From Raja brachyura (lineage: Eukaryota), in the NCBI GenBank assembly GCA_963514005.1, contig OY740787.1, positions 18,972,001 to 19,036,000 of the forward strand: a stretch of DNA of 64,000 nt, in the 5' to 3' direction. Shown in pieces: positions 61,373 through 64,000 of the stretch (the first letter of the stretch is position 1; each line of letters begins with the position of its first letter). The translations under genes and the position numbers were made by a program. The notes beneath the pieces were generated by a model that saw only the letters and a program-made list of their open reading frames with translations, searched no databases and had not been told where the DNA came from.

Positions 61373-63827
61373 CCTCAGCAGAGGTCTTACCTTTGTCCCC
61401 CTCCGTCCCCACCTCAATGCGTTCCGCGCCCACCACGACTTGCTCTTCTACCGTCGCCTCTGCCTCACAGCGTTCTTCCACGGGAATAGGTCCTCGCCCC
61501 CCACTGATGATCCCTTTTCCTGTCTCCCACGTACCCCCTCCTCGTGGACCCCCCCTCATGGCCCTCCAGCTTTAGAACTCTTTATACAGAACTGCCGTCG
61601 GGACATCAACCGCCTTGACTTCTCCACTCCCGTCTCACTCCAATCTCTCCCCCTCCGAACGTACTGCCATCGACTCACTCCGTAACAACCCAGACTGGGC
61701 TATCAAACCCGCCGCAAGGGAGGTGCCGTGGTAGTCTGGCGCGTCGATCTCTACAAAGTGGAGGCCACGCGCCAACGCTCGGACACCTCCTCCTACTTAC
61801 CCCTGGACCATGACCCCACTGATGAGCACCAGGCCACCATCTCGAGCACCATAACCGACTTCATCAACTCCAGCTCCCCCCCCCCCCCCAGCTTCCAACC
61901 TCATCGTTTCCCAGCCCCGCACGGCCCGATTTTACCTTCTCCCCAAAATCCACAAACCTGACTGCCCCGGCAGACCCATTGTCTCTGCCTGATCGTGCCC
62001 CACCGAACACATTTTCACATACCTTGACTCCATCCTATCCCCCTTTGTTAAATCCCTCCCCACCTATGTTCAAGACGCCTCAGACACTCTCCGTCGGCTC
62101 CACGCATTCCATTCCCCAGGCCCCCATCCTCTCATCTTCACCATGGACATCCAGTCACTATACACCTCCATCCCCCACCAAGATGGTCTCAAAGCCCTCC
62201 GGTACTTCCTCGACCAGAGGAGCAACCCATACCCGTCCACTGACACCATCCTCCGCCTAGCGGAGTTGGTCCTTACCCTCAATAACTTCTCTTTCAACTC
62301 CTCCCATTTCCTCCAAACACAAGGCGTAGCTATGGGCACACGCATGGGCCCTAGCTACGCCTGCCAATTTGCCCCACCCCTGACCTTTACATCCGTTACA
62401 TTGACGACTGCTTTGGTGTCACCTCCTGCACCCACACACAACTGACTTCATCCATTTCACCACCAACTTCCATCCGGCACTCAAATACACTTGGACCATT
62501 TCCGACATTTCCCTACCATTCTTTGACCTCACCATCTCTATTAAAGGTGATACACTCCTGACCGACATCCACTACAAACCAACTGACTCCCACAGCTACC
62601 TGGACTACTCTTCCTCCCACCCTGCTTCCTGTAAGGACTCCATCCCCAATTCCCAATTCCTCCGTCTACGCCGCATCTGCTCCCAGGATGAGGTGTTCCA
62701 CACCAGGTCATCACAAATGTCCTCGTTCTTCAGAGAACGGGGTTTCCCCTCCCCCACTATAGATGAGGCTCACACCAGGGTCTCCTCCATACCCCGCAAC
62801 ACTGCCCTCTCTCCCCATTCCCCCAATCACAACAAGGGCAGAGGCCTCCTGGTCCTCACCTTTCACCCCACCAGCCGGCGCATACAACAGATAGTCCTCC
62901 GCCAGTTTCCCCACCTCCAACGTGACCCCTCCACTCGCCACATCTTCCCATCTCCCCCCGTCTGCCTTCCGCAAAGACCGCTCCCTCCGCAACTCCCTTG
63001 TCAATTCTTCCCTTCCCTCCCGCTCCACCTCTTCCCCAGGTACTTTCCCTTGCAACCGCAAGAGATGCTACACTTGTCCCTTCACCTCCCCCCTCCACTC
63101 CTTTCAGGGACCCAAGCAGTCCTTCCAAGTCCGACAGAGGTTCACCTGCACCTCCTCCAACCTCATCTACTGCATCCGTTGCTCCAGATGCCAGCTGATC
63201 TACATCGGTGAGACCAAGCGGAGGCTGGGCGATTGTTTCCCTGAACACCTCCGCTCGGTCCGCAATAACCAACGCGACCTCCCAGTGGGTCAGCACTTCA
63301 ACTCCCCCTCCTACTCCGTAGCCGACCTCTCGGTCCTGGGCCTCCTCCACGGTCAGAGTGAGCAACACCGCAAGTTGGAGGAACAGCACCTCATATTCCG
63401 CTTGGGGAGTCTGATTCCTCTGGGCTTAAATATTGAATTTTCTCAATTCTGTTAACCCAGGCTGCCTCCTCCCCTTCCCACCTCTCCCTCAGCCCTCAGG
63501 CCCGGGCATTCCTTCTTTATCTCCCCCCCCCCCCCTCCCCCCCACCCAAGTCGCACTAGCTTCTCATTTTCACACTACAAACAGCTTACAATGGCCTGTT
63601 TCCTTTATCATCGATACTTTTTTGCATATCTTTCATTCATTGTTCTTTATCTCTCCACATCACTGTCTATATCTCTCGTTTCCCTGATCCCTGACCAGTC
63701 TGAAGAAGGGTCTCGACCCGAAACGTCGCCTATCTCCTTTGCTCCTTAGATGCTGCTGCACCCGCTGAGTTTCTCCAGCTTTTTGTGTAACCCTCGATTC
63801 TCCAGCATCTGCAGTTCCTTCTCTAAC
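61373..63827 (+). mobile_element. Longest Penelope-like element (Neptune type) in the window, frameshifted RT plus GIY-YIG
   Basis: MDIQSLYTSIPH, QTQGVAMGTRMGPSYA, RYIDD (about 62394), the Cys-rich linker CNRKRCYTC and NLIYCIRCSRCQLIYIGETKR. TSD GCCTCCTCTG(A/G)TAT (61359-61372, 63828-63841). Confidence 0.92.
63696..63731 (+). ncRNA. Putative minimal type I hammerhead ribozyme in the Penelope 3' UTR
   Basis: CUGAAGA (63700-63706), extra A, stem II GGGU-CUCG-ACCC, then GAA, ACGU and C. The predicted GUC cleavage site is after 63727. Stem I is weak, with only about 2 pairs. Confidence 0.65.
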
Positions 63828-64000
63828 GCCTCCTCTGGTATGGTGCCCAAAACTGCTCACAATAAACGAAATGTGGTCCGAAAAGATTCTACCTGCCACC
63901 TCTTTGCCCATGCTCCCAACCTATCCAGGTCCTTCTGCAAACTCTTCCACATTAGGGGGGGATTGAGGGGGGATCTTATAGAAACTTACAAAATTCTTAA

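Overview
This is eukaryotic (vertebrate) genomic DNA, most likely from a cartilaginous fish such as a skate or ray. That is inferred from the repeat content: HE1-like V-SINEs, HER1/CR1 LINEs and Neptune-type Penelope elements. The window lies inside one minus-strand gene, MBD5. Six coding exons were resolved with GT-AG boundaries and compatible phases: 60327-60429, 57106-57286, 51165-53255, 41667-42662, 28316-28530 and 19916-21130. The first coding exon lies right of the window and the last exons were not found inside it. The introns are full of CR1 LINEs (some nearly identical to each other), a Rex1/Babar-type LINE, Penelope-like elements, tRNA-derived SINEs and hAT/Harbinger-type MITEs. The most striking signal is a short unit of about 110-130 bp from the Penelope 3' end that carries a minimal type I hammerhead-ribozyme core (CUGAAGA-A-GGGUCUCGACCC-GAAACGUY). 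It occurs roughly 20 times, intact or decayed. Several copies are stand-alone insertions, mostly inverted dimers, with their own 13-17 bp target-site duplications. Also notable are a candidate in-frame 72-nt MBD5 cassette exon, three-level nested insertions, and inverted CR1 pairs flanking exons. All coordinates were read by eye and repeat boundaries are approximate.
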